The translations under genes were made by a program, and so were the position numbers. Below are positions 1 through 9,368 of a stretch of 64,000 nt of DNA, in pieces. How positions within the stretch are numbered: the first letter of the stretch is position 1; each line of letters starts with the position of its first letter. The notes below the pieces were generated by a model. That model worked only from the letters and a program-made list of their open reading frames with translations, had not been told where the DNA came from and ran no database searches. The stretch is from an uncultured Nitrospinota bacterium (lineage in GTDB: Bacteria; Tectomicrobia; Entotheonellia; J063; CAVPRW01), in NCBI GenBank assembly GCA_963707985.1, contig CAVPRW010000046.1, positions 64,001 to 128,000 of the forward strand, read 5' to 3'.

Positions 1-18
1 TCTGTTCTATGCCGTGGC

Positions 19-456
19 TCAGGCCTCCGGCCAGAAGTCCTCATCGAGCACCTGCGCCACCGGCCACGGACAGGCCTCGGGGAAGGTCGCCAGTGGCAAA
101 CCGGTGTCGTCGGCCGCATCGCGTCTGGCCCGCCGATAGGCCAGGGGCACCCGCTGTGCAGGATAGTTGTGCAAGCTGTGACTGCCTTCGATCACATCGG
201 CGATCGCATCGCGGGCCTGGCGGATCGTGCGGCGCCAGCTTGGGGTCCGGTGGGTCGGCTGATAGGACCATTTCAAGAGGTGGGCAAGCAGTCGCTGCAA
301 CTGGCGGCTCATCGCGCGCTTCTCGTGCATACCTAAGGTCTCGATCTCCTCGGCCAGGTGCTCGATGTCTATGGCGGGCCAGTCCTTAGCCTGTAGAGCC
401 TGAGCCTGAGCTTGCGTCCAGGCGTAGAAATCGGTGTCATAGCGAGGAATAGTCAT
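19..456 (-). CDS. DUF29 family protein
   Basis: Typical DUF29 motifs YDTDFYAWT, DIEHLAEEIE, LLAHLLKW and FPEACPW..DEDFWP. Confidence 0.9.
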   Translation of the reverse strand: MTIPRYDTDFYAWTQAQAQALQAKDWPAIDIEHLAEEIETLGMHEKRAMSRQLQRLLAHLLKWSYQPTHRTPSWRRTIRQARDAIADVIEGSHSLHNYPAQRVPLAYRRARRDAADDTGLPLATFPEACPWPVAQVLDEDFWPEA

Positions 457-671
457 CGTGTCTGTTCTCCCTGGGCCACATCCCCGTGCGTCACGCGCCC
501 CAGCGCCTGCATGAGGTCCTCCAGGCTGAAGCCTTCGTTGGTCTCAATCTCGTTGAGCGCTGGTGGGTCGCAGTCCACGTCTCAGGTGCCGATGGTTTCC
601 GACTCCTCGGGCGTTGCCGAGTGCGCCTAGTGGTGCGACCACCGAGGGATGGCGGCCGTGCACACCGGTCA

Positions 672-902
672 TTATCGCCGCGGCGCTTTGGCTTTGGTCT
701 TCTTCTGGTAGCGTTGCTCCAAGACCTCCAACCCATGCAGCACGGCCAGCCGCAGCACGGCCGTCTTCGACATCCGGCCGAGAGCACGCACTTCAGGGTC
801 CTCCGCCAGCATCTGCACTATGGCCTCCGCCCGTGCGTGCACGTCACGGGACAAGCGTAATTGCGTCGGTTTTTCGAAGGGCTCCACCATCAATGTCTCC
901 AT
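672..902 (-). CDS. Small putative ribbon-helix-helix DNA-binding protein
   Basis: 77 codons from ATG 902; TQLRLSRDVH...MSKTAVLRLAV has an RHH-like pattern; start uncertain because an IS end lies just upstream. Confidence 0.45.
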   Translation of the reverse strand: METLMVEPFEKPTQLRLSRDVHARAEAIVQMLAEDPEVRALGRMSKTAVLRLAVLHGLEVLEQRYQKKTKAKAPRR

Positions 903-988
903 CGTCTCGACAGACGGATTCCCCGCCAGAAAGCGCGCCGTCCGCACCGCCAGGTCAGGCCGCTGGCGCAGATGCGCGGCCAACCGCT

Positions 989-2188
989 TGTGGGTCCCGA
1001 AAACCCGTTGCAACCGTAAACCAGCCAATCAGCGCACATGTCATCACGCCGCCCGCCGCTCATAATGATGATGCAATCCATCCACTTCTGAGACTGCCCT
1101 GATCGGACCAACCTCCGGCGGTTGGACTGGCCGTGGCCGTGGACAATCCATGGCTAACGCCCGGTGCGTGCGCCAGCGATGATAATATCGGAAGTACTCA
1201 GTCAGCAATCGCCGCAGATGTCGCTCGTGCAGGACGATCACGTGGTCCAGGCACTCGCGCCGGATACTCCCGATCAGCCGCTCGACGTAGGGGTTCTGCC
1301 ATGGACTTCGCGGGGCAATGACGACGTGTTCGATCCCCATGTGCCGCACCTGCTGTTGAAAGGCAGCACCGTAGATGTGGTCCCGATCATGCCGGAGATA
1401 CCGAGGGACCTCGTCCCACGGGAAGGCATCGATGACCTGCTGGGCGGTCCATTGGGCTGTGGGATGCTCCGTCACGTTGAAATGCACGACGCGGCGTCGC
1501 TCATGGGCCAGGATCAGCAGCACGAACAGCACGTTGTGGGTGACCGTCGGCACGACAAAGAAATCCAGAGCCACGAGGTCCTGCACGTGATTCTTCAGGA
1601 AGGTCTTCCATGTCGGTGATGGCGGCTTCTGAGGCCGCACCCGATATTTCTCCACCGTCGACTTGGCCACCTCGATGCCCAGCTTGCGCAGCTCGCCGAC
1701 GATCCGAGGCGAACCCCAGGTGGGATTCGCCTGCCACATCGTGCGGATGAGATCGCGGACCTCTTTGGCGATCGTGGGACGGCCGGGCGTGCCTCCCTGG
1801 CTCAAGCCTCTCCAGTGGTCGCCAAAGCGCTGGCGCTGCCAGGCAATGACGGTCCGCGGCTGAACAAGCGCCAGGGCGCTTTGCCAGTCTGACCACAGAC
1901 GAGACAGCCATGCCCAGAGTAGACGATCGGTCGCACGGAGGTGCGGTCGGGGCACCGACCGCTGATAGACTGTGAGCTGATGCCGCAGCGCCAGGTGTTC
2001 CAGGTGCAGCGATGCGCGTGATCGGAACAGTGCCGCCATGCAGGCCAATAATGCAGAGATCACGGGTGGCATCATCAGAAACCTCATTACGATGAGCGAT
2101 GGTAGGAGCGGAGGTGCATGGGGCCAGGGTGAGGACATGAGAGGCAAAAGTCAAGGATGTTCATGTCTTCGGGTTTTCGGGACGGACA
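989..2188 (-). mobile_element. IS481-like insertion sequence (1200 bp)
   Basis: Terminal inverted repeats TGTGGGTCCCGAAAACCCG (989-1007) and CGGGTTTTCGGGACGGACA (2170-2188) match 17/19; TGT...ACA ends; encloses an integrase-core ORF; no target duplication. Confidence 0.8.
1044..2072 (-). CDS. Integrase core (rve) DDE transposase
   Basis: ALDFF, HDRDHIYG and SPWQNPYVERLIGSIRRECLDH motifs; C-terminal GLHHHYER. Confidence 0.9.
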   Translation of the reverse strand: MPPVISALLACMAALFRSRASLHLEHLALRHQLTVYQRSVPRPHLRATDRLLWAWLSRLWSDWQSALALVQPRTVIAWQRQRFGDHWRGLSQGGTPGRPTIAKEVRDLIRTMWQANPTWGSPRIVGELRKLGIEVAKSTVEKYRVRPQKPPSPTWKTFLKNHVQDLVALDFFVVPTVTHNVLFVLLILAHERRRVVHFNVTEHPTAQWTAQQVIDAFPWDEVPRYLRHDRDHIYGAAFQQQVRHMGIEHVVIAPRSPWQNPYVERLIGSIRRECLDHVIVLHERHLRRLLTEYFRYYHRWRTHRALAMDCPRPRPVQPPEVGPIRAVSEVDGLHHHYERRAA

Positions 2189-2343
2189 AGTGCGGCCGCC
2201 ACCTCACCGTAGATGTGCTCCGCGCTATTCGTGTTGCCAAAGGCCGTGGTCATGGCATGCAAGACGACTGCGGCCACACGCGGATCGACCGGTGTCGTGG
2301 CGTGGTAATCCAGGTAGATAGGTGGTGTGGTAGGCAGCTTCAT
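2189..2343 (-). pseudogene. N-terminal fragment of an IscS/NifS/DndA-type cysteine desulfurase, cut by the IS
   Basis: IYLDYHATTPVDPRV...FGNTNSAEHIYG; the ORF runs into the IS end at 2188. Confidence 0.8.
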
Positions 2344-2428
2344 GGTTGGCGTGTCCTGGTGTTCCCCCCCTAGTGTTCTCGCCGTTCGATGAATCCTGCT
2401 GCTTTCTGGCCCCTCGTGTTCCTATGGG

Positions 2429-2851
2429 CTATCGATGTAAGATCTCGAAAAATACGCGGGGAGAGACGATCTGAATGCCCTGGTACGTCCCCAAGGAGAG
2501 GAGCAGGCGGTCGCCACTGACGAGATACGCCGCCGCGCCTTCCACTGCACATTCCAAATACCAATTATCCGCAGGGTCCTCCTGAATAATCCCAAGGCTC
2601 AAGGTCCCTGGGGTCATCAGGGCGAGGTGGGCAAAATCCTCTAGCCATTGCCGCAGCCGTTCTTCGGACCAGCGATGATACACGGCCACGCGGGGATAGC
2701 GCAATACCCGTCCGATCTCGTCGAGAATCGCCGCCGACAGCACGACCTGAAAGCGCTCAGCCCGCCACGCATCGAGGACCTGTGCCGGGATCCCCTGCGG
2801 GTTGATCAGCGAACTCACCACGACATTCGCATCTAACACGGCCCGGATCAC
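2429..2851 (-). CDS. PIN-domain toxin (VapC-like)
   Basis: AVLDANVVVS, EDPADNWYLECA and LVSGD motifs; overlaps the antitoxin stop. Confidence 0.9.
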   Translation of the reverse strand: MIRAVLDANVVVSSLINPQGIPAQVLDAWRAERFQVVLSAAILDEIGRVLRYPRVAVYHRWSEERLRQWLEDFAHLALMTPGTLSLGIIQEDPADNWYLECAVEGAAAYLVSGDRLLLSLGTYQGIQIVSPRVFFEILHR

Positions 2852-3132
2852 GTTGATTGCTGATTCCCGGTCCGTGTGGCCTTGAGGGCGTCCTGAATGT
2901 CCTGCTCAATCGCTTCCGGTGAGGTGCCCTCCTGCCCCTGCCGCACCTCGTCCACCATGCCGAAGAACCGTTCGCGGCGTTTCAGCCACTCTTCCAGGTA
3001 CCAGACCGGCACAACAGCGGCCATGGGCTTGCCCGCGCGCTCGATGATATAGTGATCCCCCCGGTAGTAGACCTCTTCCAGCAGTTGTCCGAGAGTTTTC
3101 CTGGCCTTCACGGCCGTGATTTTTTTGACCAT
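2848..3132 (-). CDS. Phd/YefM-family antitoxin
   Basis: MVKKITAVKARKTLGQLLEEV...IIERAGKPMAAVVP; translationally coupled to the PIN toxin. Confidence 0.88.
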   Translation of the reverse strand: MVKKITAVKARKTLGQLLEEVYYRGDHYIIERAGKPMAAVVPVWYLEEWLKRRERFFGMVDEVRQGQEGTSPEAIEQDIQDALKATRTGNQQST

Positions 3133-3190
3133 CTCATCCACCTGGAGTATCGCAATCGGCTGTATCCATGCAATTGCCACAATCATTACG

Positions 3191-3218
3191 ATCATAGCAT
3201 AGCCGCTTAGCTTGTCAA
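3191..3218 (-). promoter_or_regulatory. Sigma70-type promoter of the TA operon
   Basis: Minus strand TTGACA-N16-TATGAT with a TG extension, upstream of the antitoxin. Confidence 0.6.
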
Positions 3219-3312
3219 CACGGGAGATCCGTTTACGCTTGATAATCCCGTTTATCTTGGGTTGACCCCCTGGGAAGTGAGCGAAGGATCAAAACTCTTG
3301 AGTGACGCTCTG

Positions 3313-5146
3313 TTACTCGCCGGTGTTGTCTTGCGCAGCAATGATATGCGGAAAAAATAATCGTCCTGTTCGTTTCAGGACTTCCAATGTATTTGAGGCC
3401 GTGGCCCGGCTATAATAAAGCTTCCTGTGATACTCGGATGTGCTTAGGTAGTTATGAAGGGAGGCCACCCGGTCGCTGCAGGCAGCTGAGTAATCGCGCA
3501 GTAAGTCATGAAGGCTAAAATGTTCGATTGAGGTTTCCAGGGCCTCCAAATCGTCCATGGTCATGACAATCAATGGTACCACCCAGAATCAACCTTTCCG
3601 CATCTGACCAGTACGCTCAACTTCTTCAGGGGCAAGTGCTGCTGCAAACTCCGCCGCCAGGAACTTCCCATGAACCGGAGCGTCCAGCAATGGATCATGC
3701 ACCAACAGCACAGGATACAGCTGCTTCACCCTTGTAAAATCTTCCGTAATCGGTACCCACTCGCCACTCGCTACCTTGGTAATCGCTCTTGCAAGTTGAC
3801 CCACCCCCTTGATCGAGCGGCCGCCTTCGCTCCCAGTCCTGACTCCATATTTGTCGCGGAGATGGTCCAAATACCGCTCGTAATCATCGTCTAGGACGAC
3901 ATCATCACGGACCCAAACTGCCTTCATCTCGAAGAGGATGGCCTCCGTGACATCGTTCAAGCAGGCATCGGTAATCTGCACGGATTGTCCGGCTCGATCT
4001 CTCCCACGGACGTCACAACAGAGCCGGTCTACTAACCCAGGACCGGGCATAGGGTATATGCGGCGTAAGAGGCTTCCTGCATATTCTTCAAAGGCATGGC
4101 CAAACGCACTGAAAATCTGATCACTTTTGGCCCTTGGCACCCCTTCAGTTAAGAGAAAAAGCGGTCCTACGGAAGCTCGTTCCCCATAAAACACCGGCTC
4201 CATAATAATAGCGCGGCCATCCGATGCCCGCAGAATCGGTCTCCGTCGTAATGGCTTATAATTATAGTGCCTGGCGTCTTCCCAGCGCGTGACATGTTTG
4301 AGCCCCCACAGTGCGTCCCGCAGCTCATCGGCCACCTGGGATTCCAGCGCCAGATAGGTGTCGATCAACGGTTGCACATGTGAGGCTGAGGCACAGACAG
4401 TCTTGACATTGAAGAGGCTGGGGTTTTCTTGCACATTCTCAGGCGTGCGGTTCAAGAAGGTTGTCATGAATGCTGTTAAGCAATAATAAAATTCATCGAG
4501 TGAGAGCCCCGTGCGTGCACAGAACTCTTGGGAGAGATTCGCGTAGAAGCGCGGCAGATGCTTACAGATAATGGCGTGTCCCCTCCCCAGGGCGAGCAGT
4601 GGAATCCAGGCCAAATGACGTATCTGCGATGGCCCCACGAATGGCGCCTAGCGCACGGTTCTGAGCAAGATCGCGTCCCCCGTCGAGCGAAAAGCGATCC
4701 CCATAGACGCGGCGCGACCAGAGATCACTCGCCATCAAGGCTACCTGAGCAAAGGTGCTGCGGACTGTGGGCCTCTCGAACGTTATGCCGTCATCTGGAT
4801 GGTCCTCACACCACAAGCACACCGACCGCATTAACTCCAGCAACTGGCCTCGAAAGAAGACCGCTATATGGCCTATATCATAACCCTCGCGTTGATGTGT
4901 TCGCGCAAACGCATTGATTCGAGCAATCTCATCGGCCGTGAAGAATACACGGATGGCAGACTCTTGCTTGCGCCGATGATCTCGATTACTGGGGTTTGAG
5001 AGTATAAGATTGAGGCGGGCGCACCAAAAGAGCGCATCGGTCCGGGTTAACTGCCTCACCCCTGACTGAAAGCTAGCAAAGTCACTGGATGCATGCGGAA
5101 ATATCTCATCAAACGGCACGTAAATTCCAAGAGGATTCAAGTCCAT
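3313..5146 (-). pseudogene. Disrupted ~600-aa hypothetical protein with a C-terminal PD-(D/E)xK-like nuclease signature
   Basis: Three consecutive ORFs (4562-5146, 3589-4638, 3313-3582) joined by one frameshift and an in-frame TGA at 3589-3591; motif ITD...LFEMK...GVGQL; lower GC than the flanks. Confidence 0.55.
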
Positions 5147-5325
5147 CGTCTATGTCTACTAGTCCTTTCCTCGCGTTATTTTATCAGATCGAATCATCAC
5201 CAACCTTCCTCCTCGTCATGGATTCAGAGGTACCCAGCAACAGGTCATCCTCGCTGCTCAACACATGCAACACTGATACAGCCATAGCACACAGGAATCC
5301 CCTCATTTTATGAATCTACTTTACT

Positions 5326-6641
5326 CAATACTTCGGACAGTTTTCATTGATGCAGAGGTCGCCACACGGGTCGGAATCCGGTAAGGTTGAGTATCCCCGC
5401 AACCGGAAAGGAGAACGAACCGTGCAGCTCCTTGAGAGTGTACTGATGCGCGTGAAACACACCAAGAAACCCCAGCAGAAATTTTTGTGTCACGTGATGC
5501 GTGTGATGCTGCTGGTGCCAGGACGAGTGACGTTCCGCCATCGGAGTCGTTATCGTCCGTATCACGAGAAAACCTTTGCCCGATGGTGTGAACGTGACGT
5601 TGATTTTGTCAGCCTCAACCACGCGGCTATCGTCCATGTCGTCGCTACCCACCACGAGCACGTCCTCGCCTTTGACCCCAGTGTTGTGCCCAAACGTGGG
5701 CAGCGGACCCCGGTCTCGACATGTTCTGGAACGGCGCCCACAGCCGTGCGGAAAAGGGCTTAGAGATTGCCACGTTGGCCTGGGTCGATGTCACCCAGAA
5801 CAGCGCCTAGACGCTCAGCGTGGAAAAGACCCCCACGACGCTGAACCGCGACGCGGAGCAGACCCGTATCGACACCGATCTGGCCCATCTTGAACGCGTC
5901 GTGACGACACAGCAGCTCCAGACGCTGAAGTATCTGGTCGCGGATGGCTATTTCAGCAAACAGAAGTTCATCGACGGCATCTGCGCGTTGGAGATGCACC
6001 TGATCAGCAAGCTCCGGCGTGATGCCCATCTGCGTCACCTGTACCGGGGGCCGCGTTCCACCAGTCCTGGACGGCCCAAAACGTACGATGGGCAAGTCTC
6101 CTCCCACGATCGGTCGCGCTTTGAGTATGTCGATACGGACGATACCGACATTGCCCTCTACCATCAGGTGGTCAATCATCCGCAGTTGAAGCGGAATCTG
6201 CGCCTGGTGATGGGACAGCATCGCCCCACAGGACGGTATGCCTTGCTCTTGAGCACGGATGTAGCCCTCTCGGCTCAGGCGATTTACCGCTTTGACAAAG
6301 CGCGCTTTCAGATCGAATTTCTGTTCCGCGACGCCAAACAATTCACGGGTCTCAGCGATTGTCAAGCGCGTTCCGCAAACAAGTTGCGCGTTCATTTCGA
6401 TGCGAGTCTGAGTGCCGTGAGCTTCGCCAAGCTGGAGGCCCGTCAGCATACTGACCAGCCAGGTGCACCTTTCTCCATGGCGAGTCTCAAACGCCGCTAT
6501 TTCAATCAACATCTGATTGATCGAATTTTAGACCTTTTAGCCTCTGAGGGCAGATTGGATAAATCCAGCCCTACGTATGCCGAGCTTTGTAACTATGGCA
6601 CCATTTGTGACAGGGCTGCTTAAATTCTGTCTGAAGTATTG
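5326..6641 (+). mobile_element. IS4/IS701-like DDE insertion sequence with a disrupted transposase
   Basis: Inverted repeats CAATACTTCGGACAG (5326-5340) and CTGTCTGAAGTATTG (6627-6641) match 14/15; VADGYF and RFQIEFLFRDAKQFTGL motifs; frameshift and TAG near 5710-5810. Confidence 0.8.
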
Positions 6642-6683
6642 ATATATGGACCAGCTCAGATCTTTTTGCATTCCGGGAGACCT

Positions 6684-7545
6684 ATGGAACTCTTGTCTTG
6701 CTTGCTCCCTCAGGGTGTTTCGTTCCACCTGGAGACGGCGCATCTGGACGAGGTGGCAGACCAGTTGACCTGGCGCGTCACCTCGAGACAGGCCCTGGGG
6801 GGCAAGGCCGGTGTGCGTTTGAGCCAACGCGGGGGCCTGGGGGTGAGTCGGAACACCCTCTTGCGCGTGCTCCGCCGTCTGCCTCTGCCGGGCTTTCCGA
6901 CGCCCACGGGGCTTGGGGTCGATGACTGGGCGCTCCGGAAACGTCACACGTATGGCACGATCCTGGTGGACCTGGAGCAGCGGCGACCGATCGCCCGCCT
7001 CAAGGATCGAGACGCCGACACGCTCGCCCAGTGGCTCCGCGCCCACCCGGGCGTGCAGATCACCACGGGAGACCGCTCCAAAGCCTATGAAGATGGTGCA
7101 CGCCAAGGGGCGCCGGCGGCGATTCAGGTGGCCGACCGCTTTCACCTGTTGCAGAACCTTGCGGAGGTGCTCGATCAGGTGTTCAATGCCCATATCCAGG
7201 AGCTCAACGCGCTCAACATGACGCCCGACACCAGACGCCGGTACTTCAGCCCCGATGGGACACCCGCCGCTCCCGTGCCTCCACCACGCAACGCCACGGA
7301 CGCGGTGGTGCAAGCTCAGCAGCGCCGTGCCCGGCGCCTGGCGACCTACGAGCAGGTCTGGGCCTTGCATCGGCAGGGATATACAGGAGACGCGATTGCC
7401 CGGCAGTTGCGCATCGGGAAAAGCACCGTCTTTCGCGACCTGCGGACCGCCACGTTTCCCGAACGCCAGGGGCGAAGTGATCGCGGCCGGAGTGTGCTCG
7501 ATCCCTACAAGCCCTATCTGCTCAGCCGCTGGAATGCCGGCTGCC
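6684..7545 (+). pseudogene. ISL3-family transposase, internally deleted and truncated
   Basis: LGVDDWALRKRHTYGTILVDLE and QVADRFHLLQN motifs; zinc finger and C-terminus missing. Confidence 0.85.
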
Positions 7546-7549
7546 CACA

Positions 7550-8127
7550 GAGCACTGAGTGGACAAGGGCTATACCGACGCGCAGGTGCTGGTCGAGAGC
7601 CAGCGCGCGTATGGGGTCACGCTCATTGGCCCGGTGGCCGACGACCCAAGCTGGCAAGCCCGGGCGGGCGCCGGATTTGACAAAGCGCAGTTTCTGGTCG
7701 ACTGGGACCAGCAGGTGGTCACCTGCCCGGTGGGGAAGCAGAGCCTCTCCTGGCTCCCGAACACCTAGCCCCAAAATGGCATGATGTGGGAGGTGCGCTT
7801 TGCCCGCAAGGACTGTACGCCGTGTCCACACCGGGCACAATGTACGAGGGCCAAGAAGGAGCCGCGCCTCATCGGACTCCAGGCGCGTGAGCCGTATGAG
7901 GCACTCTAAGACGCCCGAAAACGGCAGACGACAGAAGCGTTCCACCAGTAGTATGCTCCACGGGCGGGCATTGAAAGCGCCCACGCGCAAGGTAGGCGCC
8001 GGTGTGGCCTGCGGCACGCGCGCTATGTGGGGCTGGTCAAGACGCATTTACAGCATGTGGCGACGGCGACGGCCCTGAACTTGGTGCGACTGGGAAAGTG
8101 GTGGGCAGGGACGCCGCAGGCCAAGTA
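7550..8127 (+). pseudogene. IS1182-family transposase C-terminal fragment
   Basis: DKGYTDA...VTLIGPV...FLVDWDQQVVTCPVGK, then RAGIES; several in-frame stops. Confidence 0.75.
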
Positions 8128-8462
8128 GAGGGTCTTGGGAATGCGTCCCAGTTGCAGACAATCAGTGGGGTGGGCACGCGGGCTCGGGCAATGGTATTCA
8201 GGCCCCCATAATCGGCCGTGGGATTCATCCGCCAAAAGCGTGCTTCGCCGATATCGGCCAACCGGGGGCTGAAACGGACTCGCGTGGGAGCCGCGTCGGA
8301 CAGAGGTGGAGCGCCTCATCCCTGGTGGATTTGTCAGCCAAACCAAAATTTCGGTAAATTCGCTCTCCCATGCTCAACTCTGGAATTTCAGGGGCATAAC
8401 GCAGCAAAGCGCGGACGGCCATAGCGCTTTCCCTCCAGGAACGGCTTGCATCACTGCCAAAA

Positions 8463-9368
8463 ATGGCGCATGTTTTTCCCTGCATGGTTCATACTGAGAC
8501 CCCACTCATGCAGGGCCAGTCTATGTATGTTACACGACCATACCACAGACCTCCGCGAAAAGCCGGACGGCGCTACCTGAGACTCTGGGCCACCTGTCTC
8601 GTCATGCTGGGCGTCGCGGCAGCCCTGGGAGCGTTCGGGCAGTCGCCCTTGAGCTCCAGGTGGACAGCATCGACTGCCGCTGCCCACCTGGCGACCTTCC
8701 CTGCCGTCGTCTTGTGGGCCTGGGAACGCCCGGAATCACTGGATTTCATCGATGCACGAGCGGTCGGTGTGGCGTTTCTCGCGCGCACGCTCTACCTCAC
8801 TGCCTCGGATGTCATCGTCCGCCCTCGACTCCAGCCGTTCAGCGCACCGCCTGACACGAAGCTCATAGCGGTGGTGCGGATGGCGACAAATCGATGGCAA
8901 CCACCGGACCTCTCCGCCTCACAGCGTGAGATGGCTACCGCGGCCATCGCTGAGGTCGGCCGGCTGTCAGGCATCCAGGCACTCCAGGTCGATTTCGATG
9001 CGACAGTCTCCCAGCGCGAGTTTTATCGGGAGGTACTATCCCAACTCCGCCGTCAACTCCCCGCGGCCATGCCACTGTCCATTACGGCGCTGGCGTCCTG
9101 GTGCATTTTCGACGACTGGCTCGCGGGACTACCGGTCGACGAGGTGGTACCGATGGTGTTTCGCATGGGAGCCGACCAACATCGCGTCCGACGGTATCTC
9201 GCCGCAGACGATTTTCGTGTCACGGCCTGTCGCCACAGTCTGGGGATCGCCACTGATGAGCCCCTGCCGATCGTACGCCCTGGGCGGCGTCTCTATGTGT
9301 TTCATCCGCATGCATGGCGACTGGAAGCCATGACCAGTGTCCTGGAGGAGGTCGGGCGATGGCCATAA
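8463..9368 (+). CDS. DUF3142 family protein (GH18-like TIM barrel), probably exported
   Basis: LWAWERPE, LQVDFDA and LSITALASWC motifs; hydrophobic N-terminal segment; start uncertain. Confidence 0.75.
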   Translation: MAHVFPCMVHTETPLMQGQSMYVTRPYHRPPRKAGRRYLRLWATCLVMLGVAAALGAFGQSPLSSRWTASTAAAHLATFPAVVLWAWERPESLDFIDARAVGVAFLARTLYLTASDVIVRPRLQPFSAPPDTKLIAVVRMATNRWQPPDLSASQREMATAAIAEVGRLSGIQALQVDFDATVSQREFYREVLSQLRRQLPAAMPLSITALASWCIFDDWLAGLPVDEVVPMVFRMGADQHRVRRYLAADDFRVTACRHSLGIATDEPLPIVRPGRRLYVFHPHAWRLEAMTSVLEEVGRWP

